A stretch of 49,919 bases of DNA, counting the filler, from Sphacelaria rigidula (taxonomy: Eukaryota), in NCBI GenBank assembly GCA_964200075.2. It is 3 parts of 3 records of this genome, joined end to end, with 100 filler letters (N's around TTAATTAATTAA, not from the genome) between each part and the next. Parts side by side here need not be neighbours in the genome. Positions count along the whole stretch, not along the records: positions 33,354 to 49,919 come from CAXNAA020001311.1; 2 more parts are not named here. One strand, written 5' to 3'. Positions 34,404 to 45,301 of the stretch are shown here, piece by piece. Each line of letters opens with the position of its first letter. The first letter of the stretch is position 1. The position numbers were made by a program, and so were the translations under genes. The notes under the pieces were generated by a model. That model had not been told where the DNA came from and did not search any database. It saw only the letters and a list, made by a program, of their open reading frames with translations.

Positions 34404-37157
34404 ATGCTTACTCCGCCAAAATCGACAGTGAAACAAACGAAACGGACGAAATCAGCATTAAAGTCCGTACCAAGAACTACAACGAGTGTTACAAGGCGCC
34501 GCGCTCGAGGGCTTAGAAGACGGGGAACTGCGGCGGTGGCCAACCGCAAACCGCGGACAGCACATGCGATAGCTGCGAAGACACGCCCGCGCAACGCGAT
34601 GTCAAAAGCCAAGCGTACGTCGAGGAGGGTGATCGACGGTGCAGTCGTGGGGAGAGGGCAGTCCAATGACGACAACGCGCAAGCCTCTGAAAATGCATCC
34701 ATTACGGAGCAGCACCGCGGGAAACTCGCATCGCGACTCGAACACCGGCGAAGCGACGACGTAATGATAGCCCGACAAGGCAATCTGGACACACATCTGT
34801 TATCGCCGCGTTCGAGAAGCCACGTTGACAGCTTCACGATGAATGTCCAGGGAGAAAAGTCTTGTCCGTCCCCTCATTTTTTGCACAGCTCGCACAGCTC
34901 GCACAGCTCGCAAAGCTCTATGAGCTGCAAAAGTTGGTCTTCTTGCAGCGGAAGGGAGACCGCATTGCCGTCACCACCTCACCCATCCGATGAACGACGA
35001 TCGCGACGCGATCAAGCCCAGGGTGTGCTGGATTCACCTGCGCGATTGCTGGATCCCCCTCTCCTTTCAACGGCACCGTTAGGCTATACGGAACGATCAG
35101 CCCATGATGCGTTGGGCTCACGATCAAGATCTTCAAGTTGGACGGCATCAAGCTGTTGTTCGGAAGGGGAACGCGGGGGAACTGGAGCGCTGTCAACCCC
35201 TCGGCGCCGCCGCCGAGTCAGGCCGTCGGGATGTTCTGCACCTCCTGGTCATCACGATCAACGGTTGCAACGTCATTCAACTTCCTGTTCAGGTGAAAAT
35301 CCGACAACATGCGCAGATCGTTATACTTCGGATATCGAGGGAAGGTCGCGCCGAGATCAGTTCACATCCAAAAACTGCGGTTTGGGTTTTCACCATAACC
35401 GTGATCACGTGAGAGGTGGAAACAAGAGCTACTGTATTGGGAATAATAGTTCTCAACCTGAAAACATCAAAATCGATGAGGCGGTGCGCAAGAGGCTCGG
35501 GATGGAAGAAAATGACAACGGGCATGGAGGGAGACGGACACGCAACCATCATACAGAAAACAGCTACATATCGGGCCAAAGCAGCAGACAGCCGAGGCAT
35601 ACAGGTCAGAGTTGTATCACCTCTGCCGACGTAGCGACGGCCGCTGCAGTCGCGGCAGACACTTTCGAGTGTGGAGAAGAAAGTCAGCTTTCCTGCAATT
35701 CCTTGTCGACTGTCTCCTGGGTGTCCGACAGACAGGAACAATACCGTCAGGAGCAGCGACAAACCTCAACGGGAAGGCGGCCGTGTATGCCAGCAAGGCA
35801 AACACTGGAGCAACAGTCGCGAAGCAGTTACACCTTGTCGTCGTCTGGGCATTCAGCCCGGTCCTCGGGCTCCAAAAGGTCTCGCCCTGAGATCCAGCGG
35901 ACCTCCAACTCACGGTCATCGTCTGCGTTGTGGTCCAATTCAGCGAGGACTTTCGACGGATGCATCGAGGCGAATCCGGCACACCCGCCGGTCGGAAATA
36001 GTCCAGCGCTTCCCGCTCGAGACGTTCACGCATTTCCCTGCAAAACCAGGGAGAAGCCCGCTACTGGGATGCGCTCCCCGCTGGCCCCTGAACAGCTAGA
36101 TTCCGGGTATGATTCCCGATCTGCTAGCCTCTCGAGATCCTTATCGGGGTCCTGTAGTGGCTCAGGTTCCCGGTCCGGTAGTCAGCAATGTGCTCGATCC
36201 GACTCTCGACCGTATACTGGTGTAGGTTCTGTTTCCCGATCTATCTCACGGTCGGATTCTCGATCGGATTCCGGTTCTGTTTCTCAATCTACCAACAGCT
36301 CCGAGCCAGGTGTTGGATGCGGACGCAGGGGTGACGGTTCGGGTTCGCCAACCAGGCTCGCTTCTGTGCGTCCTCTTGGTAGCGGGGTAGAGCCAAACGT
36401 TGGGTCAAACTTTGTCTCAGGATCGAGTCCGAGGCATTCTTCACCGTCGATATCTTCCTCAAGATCTTCTCCAAGGTCAAGATCAAGCTCAGATGCATCG
36501 CAAACCGGATATCAACAACGGAACGTACAAGAGTATTCACGGGGAAGAGATCGTCATGCAAGGCATCGCCCTAGACTTCGCAAAACGTCCGAGCCGGGAT
36601 CATGCGATTCAATGTCCTACTCAAAGTCTCCTGCAGCATCCAGGACATCAAGACCGGACGATGCTCGGATAAGATCCAGCAGTTCACCGCAACGAAGATC
36701 AGATCCGGACGAGGGGAGGGATCCTGTCAGATCTACCTACCGCGGGTACGGCCGACAGGATCTACATGGTGATGCTGCAGGAATGAGGCAAAGGTCCAAT
36801 TCTCAACCTTCCTGTGGTTCGTTCTCTTGGTGCCTCTCGCAATCGGGGTCAACGGGATCCAGAGGGAAGTCGGATTATCCACAAGCCCGGTCCGACTCGA
36901 GTAGATTCTCGGGGGCGCGAAATCATGTGCGAAGATCGACTTACGCAGACCGTGGGCAGAGCGAAAACTGTAAAGGGAACTACAACAACAGCGCTTATTA
37001 TCGACAAGCGAATCTTACGGGAAGCGGTCACGACAAGAGGGGAGCCCATGCAAAGTCCTACTCTACACGATCTAGCTGGTCGACACCCGGATCAGGTGCT
37101 CGTTTGACAGGCTCCAGTCCATCAGGTTCCTCAAGAGCCGTATTGGGGTCTCGTTGA
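34404..37157 (+). CDS. 917-aa intronless ORF: basic N-terminus, Ser/Arg/Gly-rich low-complexity body
   Basis: 2.75 kb without a stop from the ATG at 34404. K/R/T-rich start (TKRTKSALKSVPRTTTSVTRRRARGLRRR) and SRS/SGS repeats. The same composition continues in frame after the TGA. No recognisable domain. Confidence 0.55.
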   Translation: MLTPPKSTVKQTKRTKSALKSVPRTTTSVTRRRARGLRRRGTAAVANRKPRTAHAIAAKTRPRNAMSKAKRTSRRVIDGAVVGRGQSNDDNAQASENASITEQHRGKLASRLEHRRSDDVMIARQGNLDTHLLSPRSRSHVDSFTMNVQGEKSCPSPHFLHSSHSSHSSQSSMSCKSWSSCSGRETALPSPPHPSDERRSRRDQAQGVLDSPARLLDPPLLSTAPLGYTERSAHDALGSRSRSSSWTASSCCSEGERGGTGALSTPRRRRRVRPSGCSAPPGHHDQRLQRHSTSCSGENPTTCADRYTSDIEGRSRRDQFTSKNCGLGFHHNRDHVRGGNKSYCIGNNSSQPENIKIDEAVRKRLGMEENDNGHGGRRTRNHHTENSYISGQSSRQPRHTGQSCITSADVATAAAVAADTFECGEESQLSCNSLSTVSWVSDRQEQYRQEQRQTSTGRRPCMPARQTLEQQSRSSYTLSSSGHSARSSGSKRSRPEIQRTSNSRSSSALWSNSARTFDGCIEANPAHPPVGNSPALPARDVHAFPCKTREKPATGMRSPLAPEQLDSGYDSRSASLSRSLSGSCSGSGSRSGSQQCARSDSRPYTGVGSVSRSISRSDSRSDSGSVSQSTNSSEPGVGCGRRGDGSGSPTRLASVRPLGSGVEPNVGSNFVSGSSPRHSSPSISSSRSSPRSRSSSDASQTGYQQRNVQEYSRGRDRHARHRPRLRKTSEPGSCDSMSYSKSPAASRTSRPDDARIRSSSSPQRRSDPDEGRDPVRSTYRGYGRQDLHGDAAGMRQRSNSQPSCGSFSWCLSQSGSTGSRGKSDYPQARSDSSRFSGARNHVRRSTYADRGQSENCKGNYNNSAYYRQANLTGSGHDKRGAHAKSYSTRSSWSTPGSGARLTGSSPSGSSRAVLGSR

Positions 37158-37668
37158 ATCGGGTCCAGTCGATCAAACCCGCCAAGGTTTGGATCAGGGT
37201 GTCGTTCGAGTGCCGGCTCAGTGTTCGTTTCAAGATCAGGTTAACGGCTCAATTAATTGATGGTTGGCGATCGCACCAAGGTCGACGTTCAGACCCACCT
37301 AGGAGTCAATGCGCCGCTCTAAAGCGCGGAAGCAGGCTATTGGCAAACCCACTATCTTCGAAATAGGAAGTAGGCGAAGTGCGAGCGTAGCATCGATGTC
37401 TGGTTTTAACATTATGTTGAGCGATATGCGTGACTCGAGGTCTCTTTCAACGTCAGGATTAGTATAACACGAGTCGCAGTTACAACGCCCATCGCTCGCC
37501 CCGCCAATTTCAATCGCTCGCAGCGTAAACTACGTGGGAGTGCTTCAGATAAACCCGCCCTCATGAACGACTGTCCTAGTAGACTATCGGGCCGAAGTGG
37601 TGGAATCTAGGATACGGTATATTTCGTCTCATGATCTATGAGATTCGGTCGGCAGACCAATACCTTGT

Positions 37669-38325
37669 TCATTCCTCGAAGCTCAAAATTCCGTACACAT
37701 GAGGGGGGGGGGGGGTGAAGCGTATGCTGACTTCAAGTACGTGAATTTCAGAGAACCACGAGTACGTCCGTGCTTTGACCCTGGCTGGATTCGCAGCGAC
37801 TCGGTTACTGTTCAACAACCAGTCGAGAAACAGACCAAGATGCTCACTCTTCACTTGCGCGTGACATGGCGACACTTCTGCCATGGAGTGTCCCACAGTA
37901 CAGTCACTGACGGCTAGAGGTACCCTTAAGCTTGGTTGCGATATAACTACAGTACAGTGCTGAGCAGAGTCAACACGAACGCAACCGCCCGCCGAGAATG
38001 TTATGGTCTTGACATCGCGGCTGCATAAATATAAAACAAAGGGCGTACGTCGCACCGCAGAATGAAAGTGGCAAAAGCAACAAGGGCAGCTATTATAGCT
38101 GCAAGTGGGAACGGTGTGCATCACCATCGCGCCAGCGTATCGCAGGCCCCACAATCCGTCGGACGAGCGCACCAGATAAAACTTGATAAAATCATTCCCT
38201 CTCAAGGTACCTGGCGCGCTTCGCTTCTCGAGGCGAGGTACTGGTGCATGTACACGAAAATCAGTCCATTGACGCCCCCTGTGCTTTGAAACCATGTACT
38301 CAATACGCACAAACGTCTCCTTCAC
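37669..38325 (-). CDS. Intronless ORF of unknown family (paralog B)
   Basis: 218-aa open frame sharing W-x9-P-x3-K-x2-A, YL, LR..[IL]A..DC, EH[FL]GL[LF]L and F..[MI]H.L with 33650-34367. Confidence 0.45.
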   Translation of the reverse strand: MKETFVRIEYMVSKHRGRQWTDFRVHAPVPRLEKRSAPGTLRGNDFIKFYLVRSSDGLWGLRYAGAMVMHTVPTCSYNSCPCCFCHFHSAVRRTPFVLYLCSRDVKTITFSAGGCVRVDSAQHCTVVISQPSLRVPLAVSDCTVGHSMAEVSPCHAQVKSEHLGLFLDWLLNSNRVAANPARVKARTYSWFSEIHVLEVSIRFTPPPPHVYGILSFEE

Positions 38326-38927
38326 GACGAATGAGGGACGAGGTTAACCTCGGGGGGCAGCAGAAAAATGGGGTCCCAAAACATCCCGCCAGGGGTGGGT
38401 GAAGACAATCAAGACCCCGACCCTTTCCCCGCGTGTTCGATGTCGCCCTTCTTGGAGAGTCAAATGTCACTTCAGTCGAGTGCGCCAACGGCTGCTGCAC
38501 ACGAAACCGGCGGGAGCGGCAGTGCCGGTAGGACACTGCGACGTAAAACAGGCGGTGTTCCTAGACACCCATTAACGATTACATTCCGCTTCGCAACACA
38601 TCCGGCCCGTGATTCAAAAGGCACTCTGGCTAGATACCAAAAGGCACGATCCTCAACCGACGAACGCTACTACGGGACCAACGCAGGTCTCGTCCCAAAG
38701 ACCACGTGGCCAACGGTCACACGGTTGATGCAAAAGCGCAAGTATGCGAATTATCTCAGGATGTAACGTCAAGCTATACAGAGACGACACTTCATTGCCA
38801 TTTTCATCTGCTGCAACTCGCACACAAAACAGCTCAGCTCAACTCCCCCGCTCCTCACGCCGCGCACCCTTCCCCCCTGCCACGAGCACCCCAATATCAG
38901 CCCCCCCCAAACGCATATCTACGGACC

Positions 38928-39880
38928 ATGGACATCGTTGCCAAACTAAAATCAACCAACACCTCAGGTGGTCAGCCACCCAGAACCATATTGCAAGCGT
39001 CGAAATTGGCTCTACATGTCCGCTCGCAGGATGCTCATGTGCAGTTCTCTCACGAAGGTCCGCCGACTTTTTGCCGGCTGATAAAGTTCGATATAAAGCT
39101 GGAGATGCATCCATCATACCCTACCTTGTCGTTTTCGAAAACGTTCACTCTCATCTTGAGCGTGACGGTGAAAGTAAATTCGTCGCCACCATGCCTTGAC
39201 ATCCGGCATGGTTACAGGTTGAGTTATTTGGAGCTAGCTAGTCTCAACCGGGGCGTTCGCTGCCGTACCCTTCTTGTGCACTCTGTCTCGGTCTCTCCCG
39301 CGAGTGAAACCTATCATTCTGTGGATGAGCGCGTTGGGGTTAATTTCTTTCCTGTGTTCCAGTGCATACTTGGGCTCGAAGAACATCACCTGGGGACAGC
39401 AAGAGACGGAACAACACGAACGTGATACAGAAGGGATTATGGAAACAAAAAGGCTTCCACGTGACACGTACTGGAGAACAAAAAAACTCACAGTCAGTTA
39501 ACGACATCCGAGCCTAGATTTTGGTAAAACCCATGTCCCAAACGGGACCACACTACTGCAAACGCGCGTGCCTCCACGGTTGGTTGAAAATGGAGCCAAG
39601 AATGAACGTTCTACAACTCGCGGTGAGTACGAAAAACATGTCGGCATTTCCTCCGTGTTTCACGTACCAGCGGATTGAGGTGTACGCAGTCGAAGTAGTC
39701 TTGCCTCAGCTCCATGCATTCTTTCGTAGAGTCGTCCGAATCCGCCTACCACGAGAGGCGAAGAGAAACGCAAGAAGTTGGTCAATAGCGTCTACGGTGC
39801 ACAAAAACTACATCCATCCATTGGTGGAGGATGCAGTGAAAAAAAATGCTATAATACGAACAAAAGATGAAAACTCCTGA
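38928..39880 (+). pseudogene. Disrupted intronless ORF of unknown family
   Basis: The ATG at 38928 opens a beta-strand-like frame (LIKFDIKLEMH..LSFSKTFTLILSVTVKVN) to 39425. Protein-like sequence resumes in other frames up to 39880. No family recognised. Confidence 0.3.
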
Positions 39881-40620
39881 TTCTTGAGGCACTGCAACTT
39901 CACCCTCAAGGTGACAATGCGCCAACTGGCCGCCTGTTTTCACTCCCCCTTTTTCGCCGTGAATTCAGAATCGTTGTTCTTGGAGAGACAACGTCGACAT
40001 CAAAGAAAGCTGTTGCCACGCATATGCCGTGCATCAGAGATAACTCGTACATAAATCATCTGGCTTCATCGCATGCCGAGGAATTTCCTCGCGGTGGAAA
40101 AAATGGTAAAGCTCAATTCTGTAACTCGACAAGCGAGATATGTATGCTGGGACACTTGCTGTGGAGGGCTAGAACACAACAGACTTTGGTAGAGATATGC
40201 ATTGGACAAGATTGGCGCAGTCAATATATCCGACACGTTATCAAGACATATTTTGTAGTAACATATCGTGATGTCCTGTGGCGAGGCAGCTGCCACGCGA
40301 GGGCAAAGCCCCAGACGAAGTCGCCCCACCCAGCTGATGAGGGGGATCCGCTGGAGGCAAGAAAAAACACGCATTTTCGCTCCATTTCTAGTCAAATTGA
40401 GCTTATTTTCCACACGTCAAGGGAAGTGGTTTATCCATACTGAGTTCAATTTTGCCAATTCAGCATAAGTGAGAACGGATTACACCTACTAGGGGAAAAT
40501 ACGCCGAGGTATATCTTTCTTGAACTGTTATATCTCTGCTGGGTACCTTCTGATCAAGTATGCCGTGTTGGCACCTTGACAGACGCCGCGGACGTACTCA
40601 ATAGCAACGACGCATTAGCA

Positions 40621-40850
40621 GAGCGACCATGTCGGTACAGTACACGAGAAAAAAAATCACTATCGACGAGGGAAAGGGACTGCTGAATCCTTCTCGCGAT
40701 AAAAAGGCAAGGCAAGCACAGCAGGAGGAAGGTGGAGTGCTGAAACAAAATGAAGAAGATAAAACTCCTGTGCTAGCCTTCCTCCTGTGTGACCCCGGCT
40801 GATGCCCCCACATATACCGAAAGGGGGTGACAAAACCACAGCACACACAC
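40621..40850 (+). mobile_element. tRNA-derived SINE, 5'-truncated
   Basis: GAGCGACCATGTCG...GACGAGGGAAAGGGACTGCTGAATCC...CCTGTGTGACCCCGGCTG...CCGAAAGG, then a CA tail. The terminal stem-loop is deleted. Confidence 0.85.
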
Positions 40851-41023
40851 CTTTAGTACATAAAACGAAGTCCGCATGTAGACACGGGGTAGTCTCTCAA
40901 CCGATGTTGGGGGATACGTTGGGAATTAGCGATTCCCACGTGCGCCACGGAGCAGCGTCGATTTTAGACTAATTTTAGTATTTCGTTATTGATACACGAG
41001 ACAGTACTCGTGACAGAAATCTG

Positions 41024-42561
41024 CAAGGTTGTGTTCTGTAAGGTACGGGTACGGGGTATGAGATTCCTTGCAGAACTTAAAGAACTTGTTGGGGACGTTA
41101 TGGGAGGCTTACAGAAGACCGGTACCGCCAATCGGGTAACTCTTCTAGGGCATACCCGCCCCTCGGGTTAGGGTAAAGCTTTTGTACAGAACTCACAGAA
41201 CTGTCACGTGAGGGTATGTGAGGCTTGCAGAACTCACAGAAAATGTCCGGTAGGGTATGGAGGTTGCACAGAAAACCGTACCCGCAATCGGGTATCTTAT
41301 CAAAAGCACACCTGTGCCCCCCGGTAAGGGTACGGGAGGCCTACAGAACTCACAGAACTATCGGGTACGGTAAATACCCGACAAAATACCCCGGGTATAC
41401 AGAAAATCATACCCTACAAAACACGACCTTGGTATTATCATCACCCCTGTGGTGAGACCTACGTCACTACAACAGTGGCGAAATACAGAAGATGACAGTT
41501 CACGAGAAATCTGAACGGCTTCACGTGGTTGATAAAGAAACACTGTACATGTGCATGGGATCGTCAACATATATCGGTTTCACGTACACTCCCAGAGAGT
41601 ACATGGAGGAGTATTCACGGCTGCCCGTTCTCTGGAAGCAGCCTCGACGACTTTCGGTGGCAGCTCATACTCTGTGCTGTACATGTCGATAGCGGCCTGG
41701 GGCTTGATGACCACGAGACAACCACCATCAACGTCGATGACAGGCGTCTTGCTACTTGATCCCCTCGTGGCGCAGATGAACCACCCCTGCTCGAGCCACC
41801 ACTCGAATCTGGGGGTGATCCATTCTGACGACCTGCAGTGTTGCTCGTGTTTTGGGTTCCCACTCAGCGGTATCCCGTATCTCGCCAGATCCCAAACTAT
41901 AGAACTTTTCAACATTGAACCATTGTTGGTGCGCAGTTTTGAATGAAGGAGTTGGGTGGGTTGATCGATGGGAGCTACATGTTCAGGTCACGCGGTTGTG
42001 TTTGGATTGAACCTATAATTGTGCCTCCCCAAGGTAATATACCTGTGCTCATACCCGCAATCGGGCATATTTATAACGGTATACCCTAGCCCCGGGTAGA
42101 GGTATGGGAGGCTTGCAGAGCTCACAGAACTGTCGGGTACCGGTACTGGATGAAAGTCTTACAGATATTACAGAACTTGTCGGGTACGGTATGGGAGGCT
42201 TACAGGAAACCGTTACCGCCAATCAGGTATCCTTCACGAGTATACCCGCACTCAGGGTACGGGTAAACATTCTGTACAGAGGTCACAGACCTGTCGGGTA
42301 AGGGTATGGGAGGCTTACAGAACTCACAGAAACTGTCGGGTAGGGTGTGGAGGTTGCACAGAAAACCGTAAACGCAATCGGTTATCTTATCAACGTGTAC
42401 CCGTGCCCCCCGGTAACGGTTTGGGAGTATTACAGAGATTACAAAACTGTCGAGTACCGGTATGAAAGTCTTACAGAAGACACAGGACTGTCGGGTACGG
42501 TAGATACCCGGTGAAATACCCCAGGTATACAGAAACCCGTATCCTACAGAACACAACCTTG
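41024..42561. mobile_element. Non-autonomous TIR element(s) built of ~40-bp subrepeats; composite with internal cargo
   Basis: Left TIR CAAGGTTGTGTTCTGTA at 41024. Right TIRs end at 41431 (TACAAAACACGACCTTG) and 42561 (TACAGAACACAACCTTG). Iterated unit GGGTACGGTATGGGAGGCTTACAGAACTCACAGAACTGTC. Outer flanks GAAATCTG / GAAACCTG. Confidence 0.8.
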
Positions 42562-44484
42562 GAAACCTGTGTTGGCAGGTAACGGACCTCCACATCGTCG
42601 GGCGCTTGAGCTGAGACTCGTGAGGCACAGTACAGTTTAGTGGTTACAGGTACTCGTATAACCAGGTATATACATACACTGAAAGCAATGTACCAAGTAT
42701 TTCGGATCGCTTGCGCGTTTCCTTCATTTCTTCTGCTTCGAATTGAAATTGTACCGCCCTTGATCGATACATGTTTCAGCAGCTTTACGTTCGTTCATAG
42801 AGCGCAACCGATCACTCAGTGTATCCGCCCTGTAGTGTATTGTACTGGACAGTAGTGATAACACAGGATCCATGGGTCGAGAGGTAACGCCGGCATACTA
42901 TGGCGACAGAGCACGTACAGTATAGGGAGTACAGTCCTTACTTAGTACCATCAGGAAGCAAGTTCGACGGATTTGGGCACCCCTCAACTCGCGTGCTGGA
43001 CAGACCTTAGAACTTGCATGGTACATTCCGCGGTGTGCAGAGAATGATCACAGCCAACAACTGTGCATATACGCAGATATATACGCAACACACGCACAGC
43101 ACAAGGCTAAACCCAGCACACACAGCACATGATTGTACAGTCAGTGAATTAGGCGCAGCATCACGACCTCCTGTAGCCCTCAGCCGAAGTGTGCGCAACA
43201 TCGACGTACTGCTGCAAACGGAAACAACTCACCATGCACTTCTCGAAAGTGCTCCACTTCGAATAGCACCTGCCATTACCGCTCATACCGAAACCAGAAG
43301 TCATCTTGAATGGATCGCTCTCGACGAAAGTTCAAGCGCTGGAGAGGTCCTGTTCCTCGACCTAAAGCGATACCAACACACCTAGAACCCGATATCGCCA
43401 CCCAAGAGTCAAGATGACCAATGTTTGTGCGTGGCAGGTATTGAAGGATGACGATATATACATGCGTGCCGAAAGAACGCTGCAAGCAAGGCTTGATGAA
43501 TTTGTAGGGCCCATGATTACACGAAATTTTGCGGAGTGCGTGGAACAGAAATAGGTAGAGAAGAGAACTCTCTTACTCGGGGAAAAGCACGATTGGCCTA
43601 GTTTCTGGGCTAACTTTGTTTGTGTGATGGACAAATACTGTCGATATAGCCGTGAAATGTGTTATGCTCCAATATCACCTATTTGGTCATTGTTCACGAG
43701 TCCTTCCCTCATCGCTGCGCCCAAGAGCAGTCCTACTTGTGTTTGAATGTGGCAAGGGAGACGAAGGAACTAGTCGGAGCCCCATCAGGTATGCATATAT
43801 GTCACCACGTTATTTATGCATGTTAGTTATGAGAAAAATTTCACGTGCTGGTGGAGCACCCCGTGTGCCTGACTGTCTCTGTGTGCGTGTTTTTTGGTCT
43901 GCTGTTTGCACAGCTACGGTCAGACCTCCCCATCGGCCATCCGGGTAGGGAAAGTCCGTGCAGAGTTGGTGGGCAGGGGAGAGGTAAAGAAATGCCCTTG
44001 TATGCTCACATCTGAAATCTCATACATGATTCTGTCATCTCAGCTCAAGAGTATTAAATAAGGGAAAAATACATCAGGCGTGTCATTTCCGTGTTTTGTG
44101 TATTACTGTATACTCGTATACCTTCCGGTGCACCCATGTCAAGGTTCACATGACTTTTTTTACTTGCAGAGGCTGACTTCGCTCAACTGGACTTCCGCTG
44201 TACGGTACAACAGTACTCGCACACGTCTGTAAATCAGACAGCCCGTCATTATTGTGATTTACCGTACTGTTGTACAGACTGTACAATGCGGGTGTTGTGT
44301 ACGTACAGTACGTATGTGGTGTAATCGACGGTTTTGTTCTCGCGGCACACCAGCTAGTGTTTTTCTCTCATGCCAAACGCTGTGCTTTTCTCACAGTGTG
44401 TGTGACCGCGGGCCTGAGAATGCTAGCATTTTGGATATTACAGTCAAGAGCCGGATCCGTGGACGATGGCCGCGGCCTATCTGA

Positions 44485-44943
44485 AGCTATTTTTTATGGC
44501 AGCCAATCCGTATTTGTACAAATATGAGGATTTCAGCCGTTTACGGGCAATTCTCTACCGTGAATTGATTTTTCGGTCCCCAGTCCGTTGGGCAATGTTT
44601 TTTGGCTAGCTCTGAGAAAATCAGATCGATTCTCCGATTCTCTGGGCGTTGACTTTTGATTCATCATTTTTCTGCTCAGATCGGGAGACTCCCGCATCTT
44701 CCTCGATGTGGGCCCCCTATTTGAGGGAAATGCAGGAGTCTCCCGATCTGCGCAGAAAGGTGACGAACCAAAAGTCAACGTCCAGAGAATCGGAGAATCA
44801 GTCTGGTTTGCCAAGAGCTAGCCGGAAAACATTGCCCAACGGAATGGAGTCCGAAAAATCAATCTATGACAGATAATCGCCTGTAGACGGGCTGAAATTC
44901 TTATATTTGTACAAATACGGATTCGTTGCGATGAAAAATGGTC
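44485..44943. mobile_element. ~460-bp foldback MITE (second family)
   Basis: Long imperfect palindrome, e.g. AATCCGTATTTGTACAAATAT ... ATATTTGTACAAATACGGATT, CCGTTGGGCAATGTTTT ... AAAACATTGCCCAACGG and CAGATCGGGAGACTCC ... GGAGTCTCCCGATCTG. Confidence 0.85.
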
Positions 44944-45301
44944 TAATCTAGGATAGAGGATGTGTAGATTACATCATCTCACCCGTTTTGAGGGGTACAG
45001 ATCGTGTTGGGACGCGACGTGGAACTGGAGTTGCTTAGCCCTGGGAATACGGGACTTGAGGAGTACAACAGGACAAGGAAATGGACCGACAGACAAGGGG
45101 TCCGGAGTGCCTACCCTGTGTGATGAGTATGACCATAGCCCGAACTAGGGGTTGGAGAGTGATAGTCCTGGGGATGACGGGCCGGGGTTATTAGTGAGCG
45201 GATCGGATAATATGGAGGTGGAAGTCAGCACAACGCTGAATCTGCAAGCGCGGGATGCTGACCTCTGTAGACTAGATCTGACCAATCTACCAATAACCCA
45301 A

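Noticed and set aside
34364..37107. Overlapping antisense and alternate-frame ORFs of the 917-aa ORF
   Set aside because: Shadow frames of GC-rich low-complexity sequence with no independent protein signal.
41040..42520. CRISPR-like array of ~40-bp repeats
   Set aside because: Units are degenerate and adjacent without unique spacers, lie inside TIRs, have no cas genes nearby, and the context is eukaryotic.
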